This document shows positions 8,796-19,025 of a DNA stretch of 64,000 nt, piece by piece (the first letter of the stretch is position 1; every line of letters starts with the position of its first letter). The position numbers and the translations under genes were made by a program. Source of the DNA: a bacterium (lineage in GTDB: Bacteria > Patescibacteriota > Saccharimonadia > Saccharimonadales > Saccharimonadaceae). Location of the stretch: contig JAUMUF010000001.1 of NCBI GenBank assembly GCA_030530825.1, positions 322,757 through 386,756 on the forward strand, read 5' to 3'. The notes below the pieces were generated by a model. It was not told the DNA's origin, ran no database searches, and saw only the letters and a program-made list of their open reading frames with translations.

Positions 8796-10028
8796 CTAAA
8801 CCCGCTCACCCTCGCGCGCACGATTCGCCCATTCATCCGCCATCTCGTTGAATTCATGCCCAGCATGGCCTCTTAACCACTTGATCTCTGCGTGAGAATT
8901 TTGATAAAGTTCAAAGAGAGGCTTGACGATATCCAAGTTTTTGATCTCACCTGATTTCTTTTTCCAGCCAGATTTTTGCCAAGCGGGCGCCCATTTTGTC
9001 AAAACATTGAGCCAAAACTCGCTATCCGTCCAGATCTCCGCCTCCTGTCTGCTCAATATCTCAAGAGCGGACTTAAGCGCCAAACCTTCCATTCTGATAT
9101 TAGTAGAATTTTCCTCGCCGCCAAGAAAAATCGGCGTGCCGTTTTCAATCACCGCGAACCCTCCTGGTCCAGGATTAGGGCTGGCTGAGCCATCGGTATA
9201 AAGCACTCGCTTTTCAACTGATTTTTGAAAAGACTTTTGCTCCTTCTCGAATTCTTCCAACAAAAACTCCGCATCCGCCAACTCTTCTTCGTTAAAGGTT
9301 CCTTCGGCTAATCTAAGAGAAGTTTTATCGTCCAGGCAAATTTCACACCGGCCTTCTTCATACTCCATATCGCCACCATTGACGATTTCGAAATAATTTT
9401 TCTCAACTTCCGCCCAATCGACGATATTCCAAAATGCGTCCACATAATCGGCGCGACGATTTTGATAATTCAAATAATACGCGTGTTCCCAGACGTCAAG
9501 CCCAAGAATCGCACCCGCCCGATAATCTTGATTTGGTGAAGAATCGATCGTCAGATTTCCGTCAATATCCGCAACAAGCCACGCCCAGCCCGAGCCAAAC
9601 CGGCCCAAAGCGGCCTGCTTGAATTGCGCCTGAAACTCAGAAAAAGTGCCAAAATTCTTTTCAATAATCGATAAGAACTTGCTCGATGGAAGATTTTGGC
9701 CGTCGCTGGCAGGTCGTAGAATTCGCCAAAACAGAGAGTGATTAAGATGACCGCCACCATTATTCTCAATTTTAGCAAGAAGCGCGTGGAAATCTGCGCC
9801 AAATTCGAGCGTTTTTCTTTCAAACATGGAACTACTTCTCATTTTAAGCACATTTTCAAGCGACATTTTGGCTATTTCTGGGAAATTCTTTTCCAATTCA
9901 GACCACGCAGCGTTCAAGTTGTCAATATATGCCTGATGATGCTTGGTGTAGTGAATTTCCATCGTTTTTGCGTCTATAAATGGTTCCAACGCATCATACT
10001 CGTATCTTAATTCTGGTAAATTAAACAT
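8796..10028 (-). CDS. fusion protein: Fe/Mn superoxide dismutase (N-terminal ~205 aa) joined to RNase HI (C-terminal ~150 aa)
   Basis: The N-terminal half reads LPELRYEYDALEP...HYTKHHQAYI...GGGHLNHSLFW...FGSGWAWLV...LDVWEHAYYL and carries all four metal ligands. The C-terminal half reads YTDGSASPNPGPGG...RMEG...TDSEF...WLRGHAGHEFNEMADE, the RNase HI DEDD motif. A ~60-aa acidic linker containing CEIC joins them. The likely start is the ATG at 10028 (MFNLPELRY), since the ORF track extends further upstream. Confidence 0.8.
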   Translation of the reverse strand: MFNLPELRYEYDALEPFIDAKTMEIHYTKHHQAYIDNLNAAWSELEKNFPEIAKMSLENVLKMRSSSMFERKTLEFGADFHALLAKIENNGGGHLNHSLFWRILRPASDGQNLPSSKFLSIIEKNFGTFSEFQAQFKQAALGRFGSGWAWLVADIDGNLTIDSSPNQDYRAGAILGLDVWEHAYYLNYQNRRADYVDAFWNIVDWAEVEKNYFEIVNGGDMEYEEGRCEICLDDKTSLRLAEGTFNEEELADAEFLLEEFEKEQKSFQKSVEKRVLYTDGSASPNPGPGGFAVIENGTPIFLGGEENSTNIRMEGLALKSALEILSRQEAEIWTDSEFWLNVLTKWAPAWQKSGWKKKSGEIKNLDIVKPLFELYQNSHAEIKWLRGHAGHEFNEMADEWANRAREGERV

Positions 10029-10761
10029 TTTTTCCTTCCATAAAATTAACTTTTTCAGCAATCGCCCGCTCGACATCTTCCGAGTTGACAAAATAATCTT
10101 CTATATTATCAGGATTGACAAAAATTGCAATTGGTGTAGGATTGGCCAAATATGCCACCAACGCGCCGTGAGTCAGCCCATCGATAGTATCACTGCGGTG
10201 GATCTTCTCAATTCCGCCAAATGTCTTAGCCCTAATCATCGCCTTAGCGCGATCGCCATCAATCACTTCAATATCGACAATCTCACCCCAAATCTGCACA
10301 CCAGTCCGCTTGAGAATGGCCACTCGCTGCTCGTTTTCGCCATCATTCTCAAATGAAATTTGGGGCTTTTTTATTATTTTTTTGACAACAGCAAGCAACA
10401 AAACCGCTCCAGCCAGAATCAGCACAAATCCTATATTGCGCCAAAAATCAAACCGCTGAACAACGGCATTTTCCGGATTAGAATTTTCAAAAATAACCGG
10501 AACCTTTTCACCGATCTGCGGAAGTTTATCAGTTTTTTCTAAAGTGCGCTGGAAGACATTCGAGCCGATTTCGAAATTTATTATTGGCTCATACTCGATT
10601 TTTTCGCCGTTCAAATGCTTTTCAAAAGCAGTAATCTCTGCTTGAATCTTTTGCCAGCCAAGAATATTAGACTTAATAAAGATATCCAGATTGGGCGCAA
10701 CCATAATTCCACCTAAAATCAGCAATATCGCACCCAGAATAAGACTATTATAAGACTTCAT
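10021..10761 (-). CDS. membrane protein, TM-domain-TM-domain topology, paralogue of 10748..11557
   Basis: Two predicted TM helices and the same architecture as the upstream paralogue. The ATG at 10761 (MKSYNSLILG) is preferred over the TTG at 10809. The stop lies 4 nt before the start of the SOD-RNase H gene. Confidence 0.45.
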   Translation of the reverse strand: MKSYNSLILGAILLILGGIMVAPNLDIFIKSNILGWQKIQAEITAFEKHLNGEKIEYEPIINFEIGSNVFQRTLEKTDKLPQIGEKVPVIFENSNPENAVVQRFDFWRNIGFVLILAGAVLLLAVVKKIIKKPQISFENDGENEQRVAILKRTGVQIWGEIVDIEVIDGDRAKAMIRAKTFGGIEKIHRSDTIDGLTHGALVAYLANPTPIAIFVNPDNIEDYFVNSEDVERAIAEKVNFMEGKNV

Positions 10762-11557
10762 CTTTAGACCCTTCACTTTGCGACATCGCCATTTGTTTAA
10801 CGAAATCAAGTGCGCTATTAGAAACCGCTATAATTGACTCTTCTTCAACATAAAATTTTGTCGGATTGCGCCGATCGAAATAAACCGGAATCGGAGTTGG
10901 ACTCTTAAAATAATCGTGCAAATTAGCCTCCGTAATCCGAGTCATAACGCACTTTGTTTCCATATACTGCCCTTGATATTCAAATCCGATGACAACATTG
11001 ATATTTTCCACATTATTAATCCTAACACCGGTATCCTCAAGCCTAACGATCTCACCATTTAGGATATCGCCAGAACTACGAGCATTTTTGATGGCTTTTT
11101 CTTTATTCTTCTGCTTAATAATCGAAGTCGCAATTATCGCAACCCCCAACATACCAAGAGCAAACAATCCACCAGAAATTATCAGCACCGTTGTTGAATG
11201 CTCCCTCATATTATTTGGATTCTTGGGGTTATAGACTATTTCCTTAGTCTCGCCAATGTGATATTCTTGACCAATTATGTACGCACCGTTATTTCGATAT
11301 TCTATACCATCAACAAAGATCTGAAAAACTGGATAAGTTGTGGTATATCTCCTGCCTTTTTTATCGGTATTTTGTTGGGCGTCAATATTCACTACCTTAG
11401 CGTTTGTTTTCTTCCATCCAATAATAGACTTATATTCAGCGGTAGAAGAAAATATATAAAAAGCAATAACCATAGGAGTCAACCCTAACAAAATGCTTGT
11501 GATTCCCATTTTTTTCTTTCTAGGCTTTCCAGCAATCATACCCATTTGGCCAATCAT
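10748..11557 (-). CDS. membrane protein, TM-domain-TM-domain topology (DUF3592-like arrangement, uncertain)
   Basis: Basic N-terminus, two TM helices, and a GAGGAGA SD 13 nt upstream. Confidence 0.45.
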   Translation of the reverse strand: MIGQMGMIAGKPRKKKMGITSILLGLTPMVIAFYIFSSTAEYKSIIGWKKTNAKVVNIDAQQNTDKKGRRYTTTYPVFQIFVDGIEYRNNGAYIIGQEYHIGETKEIVYNPKNPNNMREHSTTVLIISGGLFALGMLGVAIIATSIIKQKNKEKAIKNARSSGDILNGEIVRLEDTGVRINNVENINVVIGFEYQGQYMETKCVMTRITEANLHDYFKSPTPIPVYFDRRNPTKFYVEEESIIAVSNSALDFVKQMAMSQSEGSKDEVL

Positions 11558-11635
11558 ATTACAAATCTTATCTCCTCAAATTTTAATCTTTATGCTTTAA
11601 TTTTACCATAATTACACTATTGAAGCAACCAAATA

Positions 11636-11670
11636 AAACGCCAGCCAAAGCTAGCGTTTTATTGGATTTA
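11636..11670 (-). terminator. rho-independent terminator of rpoC
   Basis: ACGCUAGC-uuug-GCUGGCGU + U-rich tract on the minus strand. Confidence 0.5.
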
Positions 11671-11676
11671 AGCAGA

Positions 11677-14600
11677 TTATAGTTCTGCATTTTCAGCGAA
11701 GTCGGAAGAAACTTCATTTTCTTCTTCGAAAGCCTCATCTTGCGCTTCCGCATTTCGAGCGCCAGTTCCCACAGGGATCTTGCGTCCGATGATGACGTTT
11801 TCTTTGAGACCGTGAAGTTTGTCAACTCGACCAGATACAGCCGCGCCGATAAGAACGCTGGTTGTGTTCTGGAACGATGCAGCAGACAAGAAACTGTCAC
11901 TGTAAATCGAAACTTTAGTGATACCAAGAAGTTGTTGTTTGAATGAAACAAGTTCTTTACCCTCTGCGGCAAGTTGCTTGTTGGCTTCAACAGCAGCAGC
12001 CTTGGATACGATATCACCAGTTACAAAGTCAGAATCGCCAGCATCTTCGATCTGAACTCGGCTAAACATTTGTCGAACGATGATCTCGAGGTGCTTAGAC
12101 GCAATGTCTTGACCTTGGGCTGCGTAAATTCGCAAAATTTCGTTCATAATGTAGCGCTGAGTTGCTTCGATACCTTTGAGTCGCATCAAATCATGAAGAT
12201 TGAGCGAACCGATTGTGAGGCGATCGCCAGCTTCGACAAAATCGTTTTTCGAAACTGTGAGAGCGGCTGTATTTGGAATTTGATATTTGACAGCAGATGA
12301 TTCTGCGGCGGTCAAAATCAACGTATCGCCATTAACTTCAACATTACCATCAAATGGAGCAATGATAGACTTCACGCCATTCTTGTGAGCGATGATGTCG
12401 CCAGTTTTCACGAGAGCGCCGGCTTTGACAACGACATTTCGACCATCGAGAGAGATTTTCTCTTTTCGGCCAGTTTGAGGAGTGATTTGGATGATGTTAA
12501 ATTGTCCGTCTTCCCAAATATCCACAACACCAGCAACTTCTGTAATGTAGGCTTGACCCTTTGGAGTGCGGGCTTCGAGCAACTCTTCAACACGAGGAAG
12601 ACCCTGCGAAATCGCACCAGATCCAGCAACACCAGATGAGTGGAATGTGTTGAGTGTCAACTGCGTTCCAGGCTCACCAACAGATTGGGCGGCAATCACA
12701 CCAACTGGTTCTGCGTTTTTAACGAGAAGGCCAGTCGCCATATCGATACCGTAAGACTTCTGCGGGATTCCTGAAAGGTTAGATGTTGAAAGAACGCTTT
12801 GGATTTTAACACTTTGGATTTTGTCATCCTTCTCGATGGCATTAGCAATCTCTCGTGTGATGAGTTGATCGGCTTCAATGTGACCTGGAACTGCTTCAGC
12901 AGTGAAGCGTCCGTAGAGGCGGTCACCGAATTCGATCATAGTCTCTTTGGTTTCATTACGGTAAATTGCGAAGCCTTCGTCATCACCTTCTTCATCAGCA
13001 ACAGAGAAGACATCCTGAGCCACGTCAACAAGACGACGAGTCAAATAACCAGAGTCGGCAGTCTTGAGAGCCGTCGAGATAAGACCTTGACGAGCACCAC
13101 GAGTCGCCACAAAGGCTTCAAGCGATGACATACCGTGTGTGTAATTTGAGCGGATAGGCAACTCGATTTCTCGGTTGGTTGCGTCCACCATAATTCCGGT
13201 TAGACCAGATGCAAGACGAATATTGGTTGCATTACCACGAGATCCAGAAACTGCCATCAAACCAACTGGACTGTCAGCACCTTCAGTTGCGACGCGGTTT
13301 TTAATTTCAGCGTCAACCTTATCAATTGCTTGATGCCAGTTGTCGATGATCAAGTTGTATCGCTCTTGATCAGTCAAAAGACCTTGGTCATATTGCTCTT
13401 GGATCAAAGTAGTCTTATCGTCACCCTCTTTGATGATTTCTGGGATCTTTTCAGATTCATAAACTGTATAATCCTCTTTACCGATAGAAAGACCAGATTT
13501 TGTAACAAAACGGAATGACAATCCCTTAATTTTGTCGGCGATTTTAACGGTCATTTCTGGGCCGTAAATCGCAAACATATCAGCGAGAACCTTGTTGATT
13601 TCTTTCTTGGTTTGCGGATTGTTATTGTATGGGTAATCGCTTGGCAAGAGCTCATTGAAGAAAACTCGACCGAGTGTTGTGTTGCGGATCTCACCCTTAG
13701 CATAAACACGGATTGGAGTTTGAAGCGCAATCTTGCCAGCGTCGTAGGCCATTTCGGCTTCATAAACTGAGGCGAAAGGCTTAACTTCTTTCGAAGCTTC
13801 ACTTTGCTTTTCGTAAGTCAAGTAGTAGTTTCCGTAAACGACGTCCTGGTCGACAGAAAGAACTGGCTGACCATCGGCTGGCTTCAACAAGTTGTGCGAA
13901 ATGCTCATCAAATCGCGAGCTTCAGCCTGAGCGGCGTCAGAAAGCGGCAAGTGAACAGCCATCTGGTCACCGTCATAGTCGGCGTTAAATCCGTTAGCCA
14001 CGAGCGGGTGAAGTTGGATCGCTTTACCGTCAACGAGTTTTGGCTGGAAGGCCTGAATACTTAGGCGGTGAAGTGATGGAGCGCGGTTTAAGAGGACATA
14101 TTTATCCACGATAACTTCATCCAAAGCGTCCCAAACTTCAGCAGCACCAGCGTCAATCAAACGAGTTGCGCTTCGAATGTTATGCGCGTAGTCTTTTTCA
14201 ATCAACCAAGAAATAATGAACGGCTTAAAGAGTTCAAGCGCCATTTGCTTTGGAAGACCGCATTGATGAGCCTTAAGGGTTGGACCGACAACGATCACAG
14301 AACGACCAGAGTAGTCAACGCGCTTACCAAGAAGGTTCTGACGGAAGCGACCCTGCTTACCTTTGAGCATATCGCTGAGTGACTTGAGTTTGCGTCGACC
14401 GCCAGTTGTGTTGGCGCTTCGACCGCTTCGAGAAGCATTGTTGTCGATGAGTGAGTCAACGGCCTCTTGGAGCATTCGCATTTCGTTGCGCTTGATTACC
14501 ATTGGGGCGTTAAGTTCAATCAACTTCTTCAAGCGGTTGTTGCGGTTGATAACTCGGCGATAAAGATCATTGAGATCAGATGTCGCAAAACGACCACCAG

Positions 14601-15534
14601 TAAGTTGAACCATTGGACGAAGGTCCGGTGGAATCACAGGGAGAACAGTCAAGCAGAGGCTTGAAGGCTTGATGCCTGCAGATTGCATACCTTCGATAGT
14701 TTTGAGACGCTTCAAGATTTTCTTCTCGCGTTGACCTTTGGCCTTTTCTGCTTCTTCTTTCAAAGAATCCACGAGTTCATTGATATCAATCTCATCGAGA
14801 AGTCGCTTGATGGCTTCACCACCCATACCAACTTCGATGATTTCATCGTATTCTTCTGGAAGTTCTCGATAGTCAGTTTCACTCATTAGAGAGCCTTTAA
14901 CGAGGCTGTCGAGTTGAGATTTTTTCTCTTGATATTTGATGTTCAAATCTTCAATTTCTCGAGTTTGCTCTTCCGCCAAAGCCTTGATGTCAGCACCAGG
15001 CTCTTGAACGGCGTTTTCATAGCGAAGTTTAATCGCCATTCTTGCAGCAGAATCTTCAGCCTCAAGATCGGCCAAAAACTGCGAGCGTTTTTCTTCATCA
15101 ACAGAAAGAACAACATAACTTGCAAAGTAGACTACGCGCTCGATATTTCGAACAGTCATACCAAGAAGTAGGCTCATCGCACTTGGGGCGCCCTTCATAA
15201 ACCAGATGTGAGCAACTGGAGCAGCAAGAGCAATGTGGCCCATTCGCTCACGACGAACGATAGATTTAGTAACAATCTCACCATTTTTGTCGACAGCAAC
15301 TTCACGGCTTCGGACACCTTTGAGTTTGTTGTCGTACGGATTGATATCTTTGCTTGGTCCAAAGATTTTTTCGCAGAACAAACCATCACGCTCAGGTTTT
15401 TGCGTTCGGTAGTTGATAGTTTCTGGTTTGGTCACCTCACCGTGAGACCAGTTCAGAATATCTTCTGGACTGGCCACAGCAAGACGCACAGCATCAAAAT
15501 CAGAAATCTGATTGGTGTTAACAACCTTGGCCAT
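11677..15534 (-). CDS. rpoC: DNA-directed RNA polymerase subunit beta'
   Basis: 1285 aa. Contains the NADFDGDQMAVH-like catalytic motif (NADYDGDQMAVH) and is beta'-like throughout. Confidence 0.98.
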   Translation of the reverse strand: MAKVVNTNQISDFDAVRLAVASPEDILNWSHGEVTKPETINYRTQKPERDGLFCEKIFGPSKDINPYDNKLKGVRSREVAVDKNGEIVTKSIVRRERMGHIALAAPVAHIWFMKGAPSAMSLLLGMTVRNIERVVYFASYVVLSVDEEKRSQFLADLEAEDSAARMAIKLRYENAVQEPGADIKALAEEQTREIEDLNIKYQEKKSQLDSLVKGSLMSETDYRELPEEYDEIIEVGMGGEAIKRLLDEIDINELVDSLKEEAEKAKGQREKKILKRLKTIEGMQSAGIKPSSLCLTVLPVIPPDLRPMVQLTGGRFATSDLNDLYRRVINRNNRLKKLIELNAPMVIKRNEMRMLQEAVDSLIDNNASRSGRSANTTGGRRKLKSLSDMLKGKQGRFRQNLLGKRVDYSGRSVIVVGPTLKAHQCGLPKQMALELFKPFIISWLIEKDYAHNIRSATRLIDAGAAEVWDALDEVIVDKYVLLNRAPSLHRLSIQAFQPKLVDGKAIQLHPLVANGFNADYDGDQMAVHLPLSDAAQAEARDLMSISHNLLKPADGQPVLSVDQDVVYGNYYLTYEKQSEASKEVKPFASVYEAEMAYDAGKIALQTPIRVYAKGEIRNTTLGRVFFNELLPSDYPYNNNPQTKKEINKVLADMFAIYGPEMTVKIADKIKGLSFRFVTKSGLSIGKEDYTVYESEKIPEIIKEGDDKTTLIQEQYDQGLLTDQERYNLIIDNWHQAIDKVDAEIKNRVATEGADSPVGLMAVSGSRGNATNIRLASGLTGIMVDATNREIELPIRSNYTHGMSSLEAFVATRGARQGLISTALKTADSGYLTRRLVDVAQDVFSVADEEGDDEGFAIYRNETKETMIEFGDRLYGRFTAEAVPGHIEADQLITREIANAIEKDDKIQSVKIQSVLSTSNLSGIPQKSYGIDMATGLLVKNAEPVGVIAAQSVGEPGTQLTLNTFHSSGVAGSGAISQGLPRVEELLEARTPKGQAYITEVAGVVDIWEDGQFNIIQITPQTGRKEKISLDGRNVVVKAGALVKTGDIIAHKNGVKSIIAPFDGNVEVNGDTLILTAAESSAVKYQIPNTAALTVSKNDFVEAGDRLTIGSLNLHDLMRLKGIEATQRYIMNEILRIYAAQGQDIASKHLEIIVRQMFSRVQIEDAGDSDFVTGDIVSKAAAVEANKQLAAEGKELVSFKQQLLGITKVSIYSDSFLSAASFQNTTSVLIGAAVSGRVDKLHGLKENVIIGRKIPVGTGARNAEAQDEAFEEENEVSSDFAENAEL

Positions 15535-18500
15535 TTACGCCTCCTCCTTAATTTCATCAATTTCATCAATATCTTGAATATTCATATCATCTTCGAAAAC
15601 GCCATCGGCTTCATCGAGAATAGTTTCCACAGAGTCGTCTTCTTCGAGTTTGACAGAATTTTCATCCTTATTTCGAACAGAGATCAACTCTTCTGCGTCA
15701 ACTTGCGCACCTTGATCAAGGAGATCTACGCGAAGTCCAAGACCTTGGAGTTCTTTAACCAAGACATTGAAGGACTCAGGCAACTTAGGACCAACGATTT
15801 CGTTATTCTTAATAATACTTTCATAAGCCTTGGAGCGGCCGATAACATCGTCAGACTTGATTGTGAGCATCTCTTGAAGCATATTGGCAGCACCGTAAGC
15901 CTCAAGCGCCCAAACTTCCATTTCTCCAAAGCGCTGACCACCGTTTTGTGCCTTACCACCGAGCGGCTGTTGAGTCACCATAGTGTAAGGACCAGTTGAG
16001 CGGGCGTGAATCTTGTCCGCAACAAGGTGGTGAAGTTTAATCATATGCATAAAGCCAACTGTTGTTTTCTGCTCGAATGGCTCACCAGTTTGACCGTCAT
16101 AGAGTTGAACTTTACCATCGCGGGAAATTCCTGCGGCTTCAAGTTCATCACCGAGAGTTTCTGCATCAACACCGTCATAAGTTGGAGTTGCAACTTTGTA
16201 GCCTTGAGTTTTGGCAGCCATACCAAGGTGAACTTCGAACAACTGACCAAGGTTCATACGAGATGGGACACCGAGAGGTGACAAAATCACATCAATTGGA
16301 GTTCCGTCTTCCATAAATGGCATATCAGCCTCTGGAAGAACCTTCGCAACAACACCCTTGTTACCGTGACGACCGGCCATCTTGTCACCAACCATAATCT
16401 TGCGAGCCTCAGCAACGAAGATCTGAATCTGCTTAAGAACGCCAGATCGCATTTCGTGACCGTTCTCTCGAGAGAAAATCTTCACGCCGATGACTTTTCC
16501 GCTTCCTGTGTTCTTCATTCGAGTTGAAGTGTCGCGGACATCTTTTGCTTTCTCACCGAAGATTGCTCGAAGGAGTCGCTCTTCGCTTGAAAGTTCTTGC
16601 TCACCCTTTGGAGTGATTTTTCCAACAAGCACATCACCAGGCTTGACCTCTGATCCAACTTGGACAATTCCATCTTCGTCCAAATGTCGAAGTGCATATT
16701 CGCTGGCGTTAGGAATATCGCGAGTGATAACTTCTGGGCCGAGTTTGGTTTCTCGAACTTCAACCATATAGTCTTTAATGTTGATATTGGTCAAAGCGTC
16801 GTTTTTAACAAGCCGGTCAGAGATGATAACGGCGTCGTCCATGTTGAATCCGCCCCAAGACATAAACGCCACACGAAGGTCACGACCAAGCGCGAGTTCG
16901 CCATCTTTGATTGATGCGCCTTCCGCCAAGATGTCGCCCTTCTTAACCTTTTGGCCACGAGAAACAACAACTTTTTGGTTGTAGCAACGATCATCCGCGG
17001 TTTTTTCGAAGTGCTTGAGTTCGTAAGATTTCTCGCCAGATTTGTATTTTACAGTAATAGTATTGGCGTCGGCTTTAGCAACTTCACCGTCTTCTTCAGC
17101 CAAAATAATTTGCGAAAGGTTGCGGGCAATGTCAGCCTCAACACCAGTTCCGACAGTTGGCGCTTCAGACCAAAGAAGTGGCACAGCCTGCTTCTGCATC
17201 GAAGAACCAGTTAGCGCGCGGTCGATACGGTCGCGCTCGAGGAAAGGAATAAGCGACGCAGCCGCACCAAGAACTTGGCGGTGAACGGCGTCCATCAAAG
17301 TAACTTCGCTGGCTTCAACCTGAGAAGGAACAAGGTTTTTTCGGGCAGAAACTTGTTCTTCGACAAAGGAGCCATCATCATTCAACTTGGAGCCTGCGTC
17401 AGCAATGATTTCTTTAGCCTCAGTTGCAGCGTCGAGATAGACAACTTCATCTGTAACTTTACCATTTTTAACACGGAGATATGGCGCTTCAATAAAGCCA
17501 TATTCGTTAATTCGAGCAAAGGTTGCAAGGTTGGTCACAAGACCCACGTTGGCACCTTCTGGTGTTTCAACAAGACAAATTCGACCGTAGTGAGTTGGGT
17601 GGCTGTCGCGAACTTCAAGACCTGCGCGGTCGCGAGTAACACCACCAGGACCCATTGAAGAAAGTCGGCGTTTGTGAGAAAGTTCAGAAAGCGGGTTAGT
17701 TTCATCCATAACCTGCGCCAACTGAGATCCAGCAAAGAATTCTCGAACTGCAGCAACAACTGGGCGCGCATTAACAAGTTGTCCAGGGGTCACGCTCTCA
17801 ATGTCGGTCAAAGACATACGGTCCATCGCGTTTCGTTGCATCCTGAGCATACCAACACGGAATTGACGCGCAACGAGTTCGCCAACCAATTTAACACGGC
17901 GATTGTCAAGACTGTCGATGTCATCAACTTCACCCTGAGTATTGTTGAGACGGATAATTTCTTTCAAAATTGCGTAAAGGTCTTCCATCTGGAAAGTTCG
18001 ATTTTCAGGAGTGTTGGAAGTCTCAAGATTGAGTCGCTTATTGATCTTGTAACGACCAACTCGACCATAGTCATAGCGCTTAAAATCGAAGAACATTCGC
18101 TCAATCATCGAGCGGGCGTTGTCGATTGTAGCCAAATCACCTGGACGAAGTCGGCGGTAAACTTCAATCAAAGCCTCATTTGGACCCATCGAGTTATCTT
18201 TTTCAAGAGTGGCTTCAATAAATTTAGTCTCGCCATTATCTGTGTCCTTGAAGATATTGCGGATTTCGCCGTTACCAATTCGAGCCAAAGCACGGATAAG
18301 AGTTGTAGCAGGCAACTTACGACGGCGATCAATCTTAACATAAATCACACCCGTCTTTGGGTCGGTTTCAAATTCAAGCCAAGCGCCACGAATAGGGATC
18401 ACCTTTGCGCCATAATAATTTTTACCATCAACGCCAGTTTCTGCGTTAAAATAAACACCTTCTGATCGAATCAACTGAGAAACAACTACGCGTTCCGTTC

Positions 18501-18879
18501 CGTTAATGATAAATGTTCCCTGATCTGTCATCCAAGGGTAATCACCAAGGTAAATCTCTTGTTCCTTGATCTCGCCAGTAACTCGGTTGGTCAATTCAAC
18601 CTGAACATGAAGCGGAGCCTCAAAAGTGATATTGTTTTCTTTTGCAAAATCCTTGGTAGTTTTAGGATCTTGAAATTCATATTTTTTGAATCGAAGTTCC
18701 AACTTTTGACCGGTGTAGTCAGCGATTGGATTCAATTCACTAAAAATCTCGCTCAAACCAGAATCAAGCATATCTTTCCAAGATTCTTTTTGGTGAGCAA
18801 TCAAATCTGGGGTCGCCAAAATATCGTCGTGCTTGTTAAAAAACACTCGACCCGCGGCGTTTGTTCGCTTTTGCGCCAT
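15535..18879 (-). CDS. rpoB: DNA-directed RNA polymerase subunit beta
   Basis: Beta-subunit sequence. The start is taken as the MAQKRTN ATG at 18879 with a GGAGA SD. The rifampicin-cluster residues are wild-type (Q, D, H, S). Confidence 0.97.
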   Translation of the reverse strand: MAQKRTNAAGRVFFNKHDDILATPDLIAHQKESWKDMLDSGLSEIFSELNPIADYTGQKLELRFKKYEFQDPKTTKDFAKENNITFEAPLHVQVELTNRVTGEIKEQEIYLGDYPWMTDQGTFIINGTERVVVSQLIRSEGVYFNAETGVDGKNYYGAKVIPIRGAWLEFETDPKTGVIYVKIDRRRKLPATTLIRALARIGNGEIRNIFKDTDNGETKFIEATLEKDNSMGPNEALIEVYRRLRPGDLATIDNARSMIERMFFDFKRYDYGRVGRYKINKRLNLETSNTPENRTFQMEDLYAILKEIIRLNNTQGEVDDIDSLDNRRVKLVGELVARQFRVGMLRMQRNAMDRMSLTDIESVTPGQLVNARPVVAAVREFFAGSQLAQVMDETNPLSELSHKRRLSSMGPGGVTRDRAGLEVRDSHPTHYGRICLVETPEGANVGLVTNLATFARINEYGFIEAPYLRVKNGKVTDEVVYLDAATEAKEIIADAGSKLNDDGSFVEEQVSARKNLVPSQVEASEVTLMDAVHRQVLGAAASLIPFLERDRIDRALTGSSMQKQAVPLLWSEAPTVGTGVEADIARNLSQIILAEEDGEVAKADANTITVKYKSGEKSYELKHFEKTADDRCYNQKVVVSRGQKVKKGDILAEGASIKDGELALGRDLRVAFMSWGGFNMDDAVIISDRLVKNDALTNINIKDYMVEVRETKLGPEVITRDIPNASEYALRHLDEDGIVQVGSEVKPGDVLVGKITPKGEQELSSEERLLRAIFGEKAKDVRDTSTRMKNTGSGKVIGVKIFSRENGHEMRSGVLKQIQIFVAEARKIMVGDKMAGRHGNKGVVAKVLPEADMPFMEDGTPIDVILSPLGVPSRMNLGQLFEVHLGMAAKTQGYKVATPTYDGVDAETLGDELEAAGISRDGKVQLYDGQTGEPFEQKTTVGFMHMIKLHHLVADKIHARSTGPYTMVTQQPLGGKAQNGGQRFGEMEVWALEAYGAANMLQEMLTIKSDDVIGRSKAYESIIKNNEIVGPKLPESFNVLVKELQGLGLRVDLLDQGAQVDAEELISVRNKDENSVKLEEDDSVETILDEADGVFEDDMNIQDIDEIDEIKEEA

Positions 18880-18996
18880 TTTTCTCCTCGCTTTAAGTGT
18901 TATTAGAATCGGCCCGAAGATTCTCCGCCTGCGTTTTTCGAAATCTTGCCATCGTTTTCGAAAATCTCCTCGCAGACACACTACTTCTTATCGCCC

Positions 18997-19025
18997 ATTT
19001 TATCACAAAAAATCAATATTTTCAA
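18997..19025 (-). promoter_or_regulatory. dedicated rpoB promoter (TTGAAA-17 nt-TGaTAAAAT, extended -10) with a ~110-nt leader
   Basis: Hexamers were read from the sequence. The leader carries two TTTTCGAAA(A)TCT palindromes at about 18921-18960. Confidence 0.5.

Noticed and set aside
10762-10809. Longer N-terminus (TTG at 10809) for the membrane gene 10021..10809
   Set aside because: There is no SD before the TTG. An ATG at 10761 has a purine-rich GAAGGG tract upstream and reduces the overlap with the upstream paralogue, so it is the preferred start. Either start remains possible.
15208-18465. Long plus-strand ORFs (15208..15999, 17674..18465, 16006..16281 and others) inside rpoB/rpoC
   Set aside because: They are antisense to RNA polymerase genes that are clearly real. 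They have low-complexity compositions and no start-site signals, so they are spurious shadow ORFs.
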